DNA of 64,000 nt from an uncultured Acidobacteriota bacterium (GCA_964441405.1 CAYTYP010000013.1:23779-87778); one strand, 5' to 3'. Positions 46,805 to 56,697 are shown, counted from the first letter of the stretch. The notes: generated by a model not told the origin, from the sequence alone. Numbers and translations: made by a program.

Positions 46805-48697
46805 TCATTGCAGAACTCCTCCGAAATTATTTCTCATGCCGGCTAGAAGAGATTCCCAATCTCGAACGAGCTCTATTTCATATTCCCACCAGGGATCGTT
46901 TTGCGAAGTGTCGCCGGACGACAATGTAAATACCTTTTGAAGCCAATGCAATGAGGTTTCGAAATCGCCCCTGCTGCGCGCCAGATAACTCGCAGCCAAT
47001 AAGGGCGCTTGCGCCATTGGAAACAACGTTGCAGCGCGAGTGAAACATTCGCGGGCTTTCGTATGACGTTCAAGCGCGGCAAATTCATAACCCAGGAATA
47101 GGGAGGCGTAATATTTGAGTTTCGGATTCGTTAAGGTTGCATCCGCTTTCTGCAATTCGGCGATTGCCTTTTTATGATCGCCGAGAAGTCCTAAAACTCT
47201 CCCAAGTCTGAGATGCGCTTCGTTAAAACCCGGATCGGATTCTATGGAATTTGTCAGGAATATAAGCGCTGATTCCAATTCAGGTATTTTAGCGCCATAG
47301 AGATAATGTCTTCCAGGCGGCGGAATAGCGTTTTGGCTTTTCGGTGAAGCGTAACTTTCATGCAGCGCGCCGGCATAAAATAAAAGCTTCGCATCATTCG
47401 GGAAGATTTTCAGCGCTTGCTTAAGATTCTGATCTGCATAGATACGGTCGCGACAACTCAACATATGGGCGGTTGTGGAAATGTACCAAAGTCTCATCGT
47501 TTCGTCTTTTGACGGATTTGCAGGCAAGGAGTTGAGCAATAATCGAGCGAACTCCCAATGCTGCCCGCCGCTGGTCGCTATTCCAATGCCGTCATGGACC
47601 AAACCTATGTCTGAATCGGGGGCATCGTCCCTTCCGGTTTCCAGTCGCAAGACGGAAATATCCGTATGCAGTAAAACCCCACGTTTCAAAATCGGATTGA
47701 GATCCTTTGCGAGCTTCAGTTTGCCTTTAAAAGATTCTTTGAATTCAAGGTAGCAGTTTTTGAGCGAATTTGGGATCTCATGGCTGCGCGTCATTTTCTT
47801 CCCGGTCTGTTCAACGACAACGCTGATAATGGCTTCTATATCGCTTATGGGCCAGCTCCCGATTTTAACGGCGGCTTCGTCCATGGCGCCCGGCATGTGT
47901 TGGGCTGCTGATGTTTGCCAATCCTCTGCTTTTCGGATCCAGTAGTTGAGGTCTTCCACTTCGCTGAGTTTCTTTTCTTTCCCGAATAGTTCGATGAAGG
48001 AGGCGCTGACCTCTCCGGGCTTCCTCAGGAGTGAAGCTTTCCGATATTCGGAAATAGCTTTGTTTAAATCTCCCTCTCCGAGCCAGATCCCGCCTAATAG
48101 GGCATAGTTCTCCCCATTCCGGGGATCCAGCCGGATGGCTTTTTCCACTTCGGCAATCGCGGCTTTTGTATCCTTTTTTTTTGCAAGAGCGAGGCCAAGT
48201 TCTATGTGGTAATTGGCGTTTGAAGGTTCGAGCCGCGCAGCTTCCCTGTATTCGCCTAGGGCGGCATCCGGATTGCTCGACTGCAAAAAGCCCAGCATAT
48301 AATGCGATTCGGCGTCGTCAGGCTTCAGTCGAACAGATTCCTGATAGGCGGCCAATGAGTCTTTTCTGTTATTGAAGAGCCAGTGAACGAAACCCAGATT
48401 TTTCCATAATTCGACGTTGGCAGGCAGGCTTTTTATTGCTCGTCGGTATATTTTGACCGCCTCCTCATAATGTTTAAGAGCTTTGGTTTTGTCGCCGCTG
48501 CGTTGGTGCATATAGCCATTGATGATCCAGGCTTCGGCTTTTTGGGCTTCGGAACCGGCCTGCTGTAATTGGGCAATGGATTGAGCCGGATCGATCCACA
48601 GCAATGCATTTACAAACAGGCATGCCATGATTCGAGAGAGCCTGGATCCTTTACTGGGGGCGTTTGCATTGCCGGGGGCTTGAATGATCGAATGCAT
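46805..48697 (-). CDS. TPR-repeat protein
   Basis: Multiple 34-residue TPR-like repeats (W..G.....G....A...Y..A). Gene adjoins and is coupled to the neighbouring VWA genes. Confidence 0.7.
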   Translation of the reverse strand: MHSIIQAPGNANAPSKGSRLSRIMACLFVNALLWIDPAQSIAQLQQAGSEAQKAEAWIINGYMHQRSGDKTKALKHYEEAVKIYRRAIKSLPANVELWKNLGFVHWLFNNRKDSLAAYQESVRLKPDDAESHYMLGFLQSSNPDAALGEYREAARLEPSNANYHIELGLALAKKKDTKAAIAEVEKAIRLDPRNGENYALLGGIWLGEGDLNKAISEYRKASLLRKPGEVSASFIELFGKEKKLSEVEDLNYWIRKAEDWQTSAAQHMPGAMDEAAVKIGSWPISDIEAIISVVVEQTGKKMTRSHEIPNSLKNCYLEFKESFKGKLKLAKDLNPILKRGVLLHTDISVLRLETGRDDAPDSDIGLVHDGIGIATSGGQHWEFARLLLNSLPANPSKDETMRLWYISTTAHMLSCRDRIYADQNLKQALKIFPNDAKLLFYAGALHESYASPKSQNAIPPPGRHYLYGAKIPELESALIFLTNSIESDPGFNEAHLRLGRVLGLLGDHKKAIAELQKADATLTNPKLKYYASLFLGYEFAALERHTKARECFTRAATLFPMAQAPLLAASYLARSRGDFETSLHWLQKVFTLSSGDTSQNDPWWEYEIELVRDWESLLAGMRNNFGGVLQ

Positions 48698-48699
48698 TT

Positions 48700-49629
48700 T
48701 CAGTCTTTTTTTTCGTTGGCGGGGCCCGAGAAATAGCCGGACCGCGCCAGGATTTTTGCCTTGTGGTTTTTGACTCGGATTTTAAGTTGATGCCAGCCGT
48801 CACGCGATACGCCGGTTGGCGAGTAAGTCAAAAGATATCGATGGCGGAATTCTTCGAGAATGTCGAGAAAAACGCGACCAAGATCTTGTATTGATTCGAC
48901 TTCAAGTAAAGAACCGCCGGTTAATCCGCTGAGATCGTGTAGAAAGGTTTTGTTCGGAAGGCGGCGGGTGGTTACGGCATAGACGACGGCAGTGCCGCGA
49001 ATGGCGCTCTCCAGCACTGCCTTATCGGGCAGACTGCTTGAAGTGTCCAGTCCGTCGGTGAATACGATAACCATCGGCCGATCGCGTTTCGATTCGGCCA
49101 ATACCAGGCCTGCATAGCTTGCGTCGATAAGCGAGGATTCTCCCAATGGATTGGATTGCGCTTCACGGAGAGTTTTTTTCACATTATTAAAGTCCGCTGT
49201 GAGCGGAGAGCCAAGCTTTATTTGGCGGCTGAAAGTAATAAGCGCGGCCCGGTCCTCACTTTTAAGCCCATCCAGCAGCCCGGAACCGGCGGCTTTCAGG
49301 TTTTTGAGTTTTTCGCCGGCTACGCTGCCGCTCATATCAAAGACCAGAATGGCGCTGATGGGCATCTGCTCAAAGCTTAAAAAAGCGATTTCCTGAAGCT
49401 TGCCGTTATCGCGCACTTCGAAATCGGACGCTTTCAAATCCCGGATCGGCTTTCCATTTTCCGTTATCAGCATATCGATCCGCACCTCTTCAGTTTTAAC
49501 GGAAATGACTGATTGCGGTGCGGAGGATGGGGCTCCGGCTAGGATTGCAAATAAAAACACAATTGTTCCAAGGAGGCCCTGGACTCGTCCAAGTCGATGC
49601 TGAAAGGAAAAACAAAACGGCTTTTTCAT
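48700..49629 (-). CDS. secreted VWA-domain protein (VWFA-related acidobacterial family, short form)
   Basis: Signal peptide. KASDFEVRDNGKLQEIAFLSFE motif and a VWA-like core. Confidence 0.6.
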   Translation of the reverse strand: MKKPFCFSFQHRLGRVQGLLGTIVFLFAILAGAPSSAPQSVISVKTEEVRIDMLITENGKPIRDLKASDFEVRDNGKLQEIAFLSFEQMPISAILVFDMSGSVAGEKLKNLKAAGSGLLDGLKSEDRAALITFSRQIKLGSPLTADFNNVKKTLREAQSNPLGESSLIDASYAGLVLAESKRDRPMVIVFTDGLDTSSSLPDKAVLESAIRGTAVVYAVTTRRLPNKTFLHDLSGLTGGSLLEVESIQDLGRVFLDILEEFRHRYLLTYSPTGVSRDGWHQLKIRVKNHKAKILARSGYFSGPANEKKD

Positions 49630-49955
49630 TCAGCGCTCCCGCGCGAAGACGGATATTCGTTTTCTGATGGATTTCTCTTAAGCCAGCAGTATGGGGTTTA
49701 TTAATGAATTTTTCATCATAATTTGGAGTTATCTGCATGATTTAACAAATCCACTCTTGACTCCTGATCCGTCTGTTCCTCCGGAGCCGCTCTCCGGCCA
49801 ACTTCGAAATTGGGATTATTATGCGGGCTGAGCGATTAACCCGTTAGTAATAGCGCAGCGCTTCCTTGCTTTTCTTTTTCGGGCTCATTATTCTCTTACC
49901 GTTTTCCCAAATACATTATTGGAATTATATTTTCAGGGCGGTGTAATGGCTCGTT

Positions 49956-50857
49956 ATGATCAGACCACACGGCAATTATGCCATTGGGATGGGGCCTCAT
50001 AAAAACTATCGGCAATACAAAGAAACGATCGACCGGCTCACGGACGCGATCGATCGGAAGCGTATCGTAGAGATGCGGTATTACTCAGCTTCCCGCAATG
50101 TTCCCGGTGGGTGCAGTCGATAGTGCGAGTCGTCTAATGACGCATGGGTTTGGGTAAAGCGCCTGTCGGCTGGTTGCACCGATAGCGCGTCCCGTTAGGG
50201 ACGCTATGGATTAAGCCCGGCACTTTAGTGCCGGGTTTATAGGAACCCCCAAAGTTTAGTCCCGTAGGGACGGCTGAAAATATATGGTTTGATTTCCGCC
50301 GTCCCGGGACGTGTGCGGAATTGGGCAAGACGCCGATGATGTTCCCAGGAGCGACTTATGGACACTCCATTTATTGACTTGTACTTCCGATTGCACCCGT
50401 TACCGGTCGAAGAGCCGTAGGTCCTTACCGGATATGGTATGCGGCTGGAGGGCTCTATTTGATCGGCTATTGCCATAAGCGCCGGGATGTCCGGATGTTT
50501 GCAATCGAAAGAATCCGATCATTGGCAGTGACGAACAATCCATGCCAGATGCCCCTGGGGTTCGACATCGAGGCGTATGTTCAGGACGCTTTGGTGGTAA
50601 TGCGCGGCAAGCCGATCGAGGTGGAACTCGTGTTCGAGCCCAAGGCGGCGGCATGGGTAAAAGATCGCGAGTGGCATGCCAGCCAGGTTCTTTTACCGGT
50701 GAAGGGCGGCCGTTTGAAGATGCGGTTGAGTGTGGCGGACACGCCTGAACTTGTCGGCTGGATCCTGAGTTTCGGCGCCGGTGTGCGCGTAGTTTCGCCT
50801 GCACGTCTCCGGGAGCGCGTTCTCGCCGAAGCAAAAAATATTTGTGAAAAAGAATAA
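49956..50857 (+). pseudogene. WYL-domain regulator gene (WYL + C-terminal WCX-like domain) interrupted by a miniature insertion
   Basis: Frame 0 reads ...IDRKRIVEMRYYSASRNVPG up to 50108. After the insertion, frame 2 resumes with VTGRRAVGPYRIWYAAGGLYLIGYCHKRRDVRMFAIERI (WYL motif) through a C-terminal domain to the stop at 50857. Confidence 0.65.
50109..50402. mobile_element. non-autonomous miniature insertion (MITE-like) with TIRs and 5-bp TSD
   Basis: Left end GGGTGCAGTCGATAG and right end CTTCCGATTGCACCC form an imperfect TIR. Flanking CCGGT is duplicated at 50104-50108 and 50403-50407. Interior holds GTCCC..GGGAC hairpins at 50187-50204, 50260-50272 and 50300-50311, and CCCGGCACTTTAGTGCCGGG at 50216-50235. 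Confidence 0.55.
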
Positions 50858-51554
50858 TCTTTGTCCCCGGATGTCACATCCCGGAATTAGCATCGTTTTC
50901 GTATTTCGATTTGTAAATGTGACTGACGCAGCCGAAGGCTGGGTGGATGGATTTAAACGCAGAGAGATTTCTTCGATGATTCCTTCTTCGGATACATAAG
51001 AATTATCACCGGATTCCAGGTAGTGTGCTATGGCTTCAAGGATGTTGTTGCGAGCTTCTTCCGGCGGGAGTTTTTCGATGCCGTCATGGAGTTCTTTAAT
51101 GTTCTCATAAATGCAGAATACCGCTGCGTCCGCATCGACTCAAGCGCCTTTGCGCTGGCGTCTCGTTCGAGTTCATGCGATTTACGCTGTTTTAGGCAAA
51201 GAAGAATGATCTCTCGACTTAATTGGTTTGGCAGATGACAATAACTATTTGATGTATTCGAGTATTGATGTGAAAAAAACTAAAAAACTATCTTCACAAC
51301 AAATAGAACAGAACAATGATTGGGTTGCCAATTGTATTGAAAATGAGCCTATTCTGGAAGAGATGCGAATGCTTCGACTTCAGGAAATAGATGATGAAAC
51401 CGTTCGGAAGACAACTCTTTAGCTGTTCAGCATGTGGCGGCCAAGGGAATCTGATGATCATGGTGCCGGCATGATGGAATAGTGAAAATTTTAGCAAAGC
51501 TCCGCCTGCTCGAATCAAAAGGAAGAATCAGCGAGTGAATTCACATCCCAGTAA

Positions 51555-51668
51555 TTTATGAAATGGATTGATTATTTGGTAATTAATTGGATTGGATTAG
51601 CTTAGAAAAATTACTTTTGGAATTATTTTGGGATTCGTTTGATTGATCATATGGAGGATTTATAGCAA
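51555..51668 (+). promoter_or_regulatory. AT-rich cas3 upstream region with iterated TGGATTG/GGATT direct repeats (candidate promoter/operator)
   Basis: AATGGATTGATTATTTGGTAATTAATTGGATTGGATTAGC...TTTTGGAATTATTTTGGGATTCGTTTGATTGATC immediately upstream of the GGAGG RBS of cas3. Confidence 0.4.
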
Positions 51669-54545
51669 ATGGAAGATTTCAGCAATGATCGAATCAATAA
51701 TGAATTTCTTCGGAAGGCATTGAGGCTGCGAGAAAGTGAAACTCCATTTCCTTGGCAGGAAGAACTTCTGCGACGATTCCTGCGCGGATCTATACCCCCG
51801 GCACTCGATATTCCGACTGGACTGGGCAAAACGGCTGTAATGGCAATCTGGCTTATCGCCCGTGCTGGTGGAGCGGCGCTTCCAAGGCGGCTTGTTTATA
51901 TAGTGGATCGACGAGCTGTTGTTGATCAAGCCACCGATGTGGCCATTGCGCTCCACGATCTGGTCGATAGCAATGCTGACCTGAAGACAAGGCTCAGACT
52001 GGATGATAATCGCTCGCTTCCCATCTCAACGCTTCGTGGTAAACATGTTGATAACCATGAATGGCTTGAGGATCCGTCATCACCTGCAATAATCGTCGGA
52101 ACTGTGGACATGATTGGCTCACGGCTGCTTTTCGAAGGCTATGGCGTTTCTCGGAAAATGCGCCCCTATCATGCGGGACTTCTTGGCGCCGACGCGCTCA
52201 TTGTGCTCGACGAGGCTCATCTTGTGCCGCCATTCGAGATGCTTCTCAAGTTCATTGCCGAAAGAGATGCTGATTTTAGGCCAACCGATAAATTACTGGA
52301 TAAATTGGTGCCGCGATTCAGACTGCTTTCACTTTCAGCAACTGGCCGAACTTTAGGCGAAGACTCTATTAGACTGGAAAAAGCTGATCTAAACCACGAA
52401 GAATTGAAGAAGCGCCTCAATGCTGAAAAGTGCTTATTGCTGAAACTAAACAATGAAGATACTGACAGCGCTCAAACTGAAGCTAATATAAACCAGAAGG
52501 AAAAGTGGAGCATTTCGGAAGAATTGGCAAAGGAGGCCTGGAAGATCGTTGAGAATGGCACAAACAATACCAGAATCATTATTTTTTGTAACTGCCGTAA
52601 GGATGCGAGTGATACGAAGAGCGCCGTAGAGAAACTGGCAAAGGGCGATAAAAAGGCTGGCAAGGGGCCCGTCTTAATCCATTCAGAGCTTTTCGTCGGT
52701 GGACGCAGGATTTATGAGCGCGAAGAGGCCAAGATGCGCCTTGTAAAATTTGGTTTTATTGCAGGGAGTGAACAGACTCCTGATCGACCAACATTTCTCT
52801 TCGCGACATCAGCAGCAGAAGTTGGCGTGGATCTCGACGCCGATCATATGGTATGCGATCTTGTTGCCTGGGAGCGCATGGTTCAGCGGCTTGGTAGAGT
52901 CAATCGAAGAGGTAACTGCACTGCAAATGTTACCGTTGTCATGGAGCCAGAACCAAAACCTAAAAATAAAAAAGAAAAGGATGTAATAAATAAGAAGGCT
53001 AGCGGGAAGTCCTTGGAGGAGAAAGAAATCAAAATCTTAGATGCTTTTGAAGCTCGAGTCCGTGAGTGGAAAAACTATCAGAAGCCTTTCAGACATCTGC
53101 CGCTGATAAGTAATGGTGCATTTGATGCAAGCCCAGGAGCTCTTTCTAATCTAAAACAGCGTGCCGAATCAGACAAAGAGCTTGGGGAAATTTTGAGAAA
53201 TGCAACCACGCCCACCCCTCTGCGGCCTGTCCTCACTCGCGCACTTGTCGATGCATGGTCGATGACTTCTCTCAAGGAACACACCGGACGTCCAATGATC
53301 GATCCGTGGTTGCGTGGATGGAAAAAAGATGAGCTTCATACAAATATTGTATGGCGTGCGCACCTGCCATTACGGTCATCTTCAAAGCCGCCGGCAAAGA
53401 AAGAGATCGAGCAATTCTTTGAGGCTGCTCCACCACATGCCAGTGAAGTATTAGAGGAGGAAACGTATCGAGTCGTCCAGTGGCTTGAAAAGCGGGCTGT
53501 TGCGGTGCTGAAGAATGCAACTCATAACCCGAGCACGACTGTACGACCACTCCTACCCTCCTCCGATGAAGTGGTAGCTTTCATTCTCTCTCGTTCTGGT
53601 GATTTTCAGGACCACCTTAGATTCAAGGATCTCATAACTACCGATAATGGCGATTCTCAAAGCAAGCAACAAATGCGGCTCCGCCAGACGCTGGGCGGAG
53701 CAATTCTTGTGGTCGATTCAATTCTTGGTGGCTTAAAAGACGGGTTGCTTGATGAAAAGGAAGATTCTTTGCCCAAAACCACCGATGATGGTCAAGAGTG
53801 GCTCGGGGAGCATGTCGCTGGCTTCCGTATCCGTAGTGTTCGTGCTGATGAATCCCTCGGATCAGATCCATCGTGGCGAGAACGATTTCGCTTTGCAACC
53901 AAACTCACGGAGGAGGGAGAACCAAGGCTATGGCTCATCGTCGAAAAGTGGCGGCATGAAGCAACAACCGAAGATGATCGATCCTCGTCTCATCCGCAAA
54001 TTTTGGAGGAGCATCAATCATGGGCAGAGGATCGGGCCCGTAATCTTGCACAAAAACTTCAATTGGATGAGCCTTATCTCAAAATGCTTGCAATCGTGGC
54101 TCGTCTGCACGACGAAGGCAAGCGCTTTCGCCGGTGGCAGCGAGGCTTCAATGCATCTAAAGATGGGATATATGCGAAAACAAAGGGGCCGATAAACTAC
54201 GCCTTATTAGATGGCTACCGACATGAGTTAGGTTCTCTTCTTATCGCTGAGAATGACGAAAAGATTAATTCTCTTTCTGAGGAATTACGCGAGCTCGCAC
54301 TACATCTAATCGCTGCCCATCATGGTTTTGCGCGCCCCGTCATTGGCACTCACGGCTGCGAGGATGCCCCGCCATCCGTTGTGGAAACGCGGACTTGTGA
54401 AGTGGCGCTGCGTTTTTCACGCCTTCAGCGGCGTTGGGGCCCATGGGGACTTGCATGGTGGGAAACGCTCCTTCGGGCGGTTGACCAGCAGGCTTCTCGC
54501 GAAAATGATGCCGCTGAATTGGTGATACAAAAGGAGGAGTTCTGA
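51669..54545 (+). CDS. cas3: Cas3 helicase-nuclease with C-terminal HD domain (type I-G/I-U architecture)
   Basis: N-terminal SF2 helicase motifs (DIPTGLGKTAV Walker A, LIVLDEAHL motif II) and C-terminal HD-nuclease motifs (ARLHDEGKRFRRWQ, IAAHHGFARP). 958 aa. GGAGG RBS. Confidence 0.85.
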   Translation: MEDFSNDRINNEFLRKALRLRESETPFPWQEELLRRFLRGSIPPALDIPTGLGKTAVMAIWLIARAGGAALPRRLVYIVDRRAVVDQATDVAIALHDLVDSNADLKTRLRLDDNRSLPISTLRGKHVDNHEWLEDPSSPAIIVGTVDMIGSRLLFEGYGVSRKMRPYHAGLLGADALIVLDEAHLVPPFEMLLKFIAERDADFRPTDKLLDKLVPRFRLLSLSATGRTLGEDSIRLEKADLNHEELKKRLNAEKCLLLKLNNEDTDSAQTEANINQKEKWSISEELAKEAWKIVENGTNNTRIIIFCNCRKDASDTKSAVEKLAKGDKKAGKGPVLIHSELFVGGRRIYEREEAKMRLVKFGFIAGSEQTPDRPTFLFATSAAEVGVDLDADHMVCDLVAWERMVQRLGRVNRRGNCTANVTVVMEPEPKPKNKKEKDVINKKASGKSLEEKEIKILDAFEARVREWKNYQKPFRHLPLISNGAFDASPGALSNLKQRAESDKELGEILRNATTPTPLRPVLTRALVDAWSMTSLKEHTGRPMIDPWLRGWKKDELHTNIVWRAHLPLRSSSKPPAKKEIEQFFEAAPPHASEVLEEETYRVVQWLEKRAVAVLKNATHNPSTTVRPLLPSSDEVVAFILSRSGDFQDHLRFKDLITTDNGDSQSKQQMRLRQTLGGAILVVDSILGGLKDGLLDEKEDSLPKTTDDGQEWLGEHVAGFRIRSVRADESLGSDPSWRERFRFATKLTEEGEPRLWLIVEKWRHEATTEDDRSSSHPQILEEHQSWAEDRARNLAQKLQLDEPYLKMLAIVARLHDEGKRFRRWQRGFNASKDGIYAKTKGPINYALLDGYRHELGSLLIAENDEKINSLSEELRELALHLIAAHHGFARPVIGTHGCEDAPPSVVETRTCEVALRFSRLQRRWGPWGLAWWETLLRAVDQQASRENDAAELVIQKEEF

Positions 54546-55462
54546 TGACAGAAGCATCCATTCCGGTTGATTTATTCAATCCCGGGCAGGTGTTCGCCTG
54601 CCTTGGTTTTCTTGAGGCGGCCGAAATGCTGCTCGGCAATGCGGAGGGCGGCTTCGATTGGAGCATTCATAAGGATATTTTCTTTCGCCTCTGCGCTAAG
54701 GGTGCGAAAAATCCTTTTTCAGTCGTTCTACAGTTCCTTACAACCGCAGATATCATTCCACATAGTTTTACTCAGTGTACTTTGAATTCGATGTTTGACA
54801 GTAATGGAGCCCCTATCTCTGACATCCAAATAGATTGTTCGGGCACATTCCCTTGTCCGGATGTGGACACAATGACATTACCAATCCACCTTGTTGGATT
54901 ACTGAACGATGAAAAATATTTGATTAATTTTAGCCACTGGGCTGATGGATCGAGTCGCAATACTTTTAAACTCTATTCCGGCAACCGATCCGCAGCTGAT
55001 ATTTCGCGCGCCATGCTATTGGGAACTCAAAAGAAGTCAAAGAAGAAACAAGGCGAGATGGAAACGTACGGCCTTCGATCCTTATGGAAGGAGCATCGAT
55101 CAGAGCTGGAAAAAAACCCATTCAATGTTCTAACACCGCTTGGGGGGAGTTTTAATTTTGATCCAAGAGGTGCATGGACAGGAATAGACGCCGGGTATTC
55201 TCCAAATGATCAGAAACATGCCATGGCAGCCTCGCCAGTTGTCGAGATCCTGGCGGCTCTCGGGCTTGAGCACGCACGGCCGGATGAATTCAAGACTCGC
55301 CAGGTGCGATATGCAGCCTGGAACTCAATAATTCCGCCTTTTCTCGCGAGAGCTGCTCTATCCGGTGCGCTCTTAAACATTCCGCTAAGGAAGTTTCAAT
55401 TCACCCTTTTTCTTTCGGGGAAGAATAAGGTCATCACATTTGCAAAGGAGGAAATACAATGA
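54545..55462 (+). CDS. Cascade-like effector subunit, 305 aa, in the large-subunit (Cas8u) position; family unassigned
   Basis: ATGA overlap with the cas3 stop, so translationally coupled. No motif could be assigned by eye. Confidence 0.45.
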   Translation: MTEASIPVDLFNPGQVFACLGFLEAAEMLLGNAEGGFDWSIHKDIFFRLCAKGAKNPFSVVLQFLTTADIIPHSFTQCTLNSMFDSNGAPISDIQIDCSGTFPCPDVDTMTLPIHLVGLLNDEKYLINFSHWADGSSRNTFKLYSGNRSAADISRAMLLGTQKKSKKKQGEMETYGLRSLWKEHRSELEKNPFNVLTPLGGSFNFDPRGAWTGIDAGYSPNDQKHAMAASPVVEILAALGLEHARPDEFKTRQVRYAAWNSIIPPFLARAALSGALLNIPLRKFQFTLFLSGKNKVITFAKEEIQ

Positions 55463-56697
55463 CGGAAGTAACGGAAGTAATCACTGAGGAGGTTTTGAAT
55501 AATTGGGCAACGGATGAAAAGGGCCCTGTGGCCCTTCACATGAAACAGAGACTCTTGCCTGTAGAAGTGTTAGATGAAGAGACTGGCATAATATTCCCTC
55601 CCACGTATGCCGACATCGGATACAACATCGATACGCTTTTTGACGGCACGAGGGTTGCTACTATCGACAGTATCGGTTCGCAAGCCAACCGACTTGAGCC
55701 GAACTTCAAATCCAATTCACAGAACAAGGAGGAGTGGCTAGTTCCGCAAATTGAGATCGTACTGCGTTCGGAACCGTGCGGAGAATGTGAGGCGTGCAAG
55801 GAAGTCAAACGCGTAGGTGGAAAGAGCAAAGCAAGCGGCTGTATAAAGCCAAAGCAGGTGAAACGTTCGATCTTCGATCTTGCGCACCGCGCTGCCGATG
55901 CCGTTGTCCAGTCTTCCCCTGGACTTAATGGGCTCATCAAAGATGCATTCAAGGCGCTTCAAGAAGGCGATGCCCTGCCTCTTTGTTCATTAGCACCGAC
56001 ATCGCTGGTTTTCGGTGTGTGGGATTCGCGCGGAGGAAGCGGCGAAAAGCGCCCTCGCTTGGTTCGCTCTATTATTCGGGCCTGGGACGTAGAACCGCTG
56101 CATGCTGCAGCACAGTTTAATTCTGTCTGGAAAGCTCTCGATGAAGAGCAAAAAGAGGATTTGAAAAAGGAGGCGACGGCAAAGAAGGTCGAGTTGTCGG
56201 AGAAAGGCTTCGCGGATGCTCCGGCGGTTTTTCGCAAAACCAAGATTCAGCTATATCGCGAGGGTACGCCGAATCCAGAAGCCCGTGTTCTTGGTGGCAT
56301 TTTCGTCAAGGGGCGAATTGAGCGCGACGTTACCGTGAATCTTGTTGCGCTCCGTGGCCTTTACGGTAAATATGACATGACAAATGCAATTCGCAAATAT
56401 CTTCTCGGTCTTTCTCTACTTGCCGCGACGGCAGATATCGACTTGTTCCTTCGTGAGGGCTGCCACCTGCGCTATGCGGCAGAAGATAATTGGTTCGAAG
56501 TGCCTCGCAGGGGCAACCCAACGCTATTGAAATTCCCTACTGATTCGAAATTCTTAATGAATTATATAATGGAAGCTTCAAAAGGATTCAGATCAGCATG
56601 GCCGGAGAAGTTGGAATATGTATTTAATTTAAGTGAGGCAAAAAGGCTGCTTGCGAAAAATACAAATGATCATGAAGAAGCAGTTGGAGGTGCATGA
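55459..56697 (+). CDS. Cascade-like effector subunit, 412 aa, probable Cas7 (Csb1-like)
   Basis: ATGA overlap with the upstream gene. The size and position match the Cas7 slot. Glycine-containing loop LGGIFVKGRIERDV. Confidence 0.45.
   Translation: MTEVTEVITEEVLNNWATDEKGPVALHMKQRLLPVEVLDEETGIIFPPTYADIGYNIDTLFDGTRVATIDSIGSQANRLEPNFKSNSQNKEEWLVPQIEIVLRSEPCGECEACKEVKRVGGKSKASGCIKPKQVKRSIFDLAHRAADAVVQSSPGLNGLIKDAFKALQEGDALPLCSLAPTSLVFGVWDSRGGSGEKRPRLVRSIIRAWDVEPLHAAAQFNSVWKALDEEQKEDLKKEATAKKVELSEKGFADAPAVFRKTKIQLYREGTPNPEARVLGGIFVKGRIERDVTVNLVALRGLYGKYDMTNAIRKYLLGLSLLAATADIDLFLREGCHLRYAAEDNWFEVPRRGNPTLLKFPTDSKFLMNYIMEASKGFRSAWPEKLEYVFNLSEAKRLLAKNTNDHEEAVGGA

Noticed and set aside
50107-50177. 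71-nt segment closed by GGTGCA/TGCACC inside the insertion; considered as a tRNA
   Set aside because: No T-loop (GTTCRANYC) or D-loop signatures and no cloverleaf. Better explained as part of the MITE's inverted-repeat structure.
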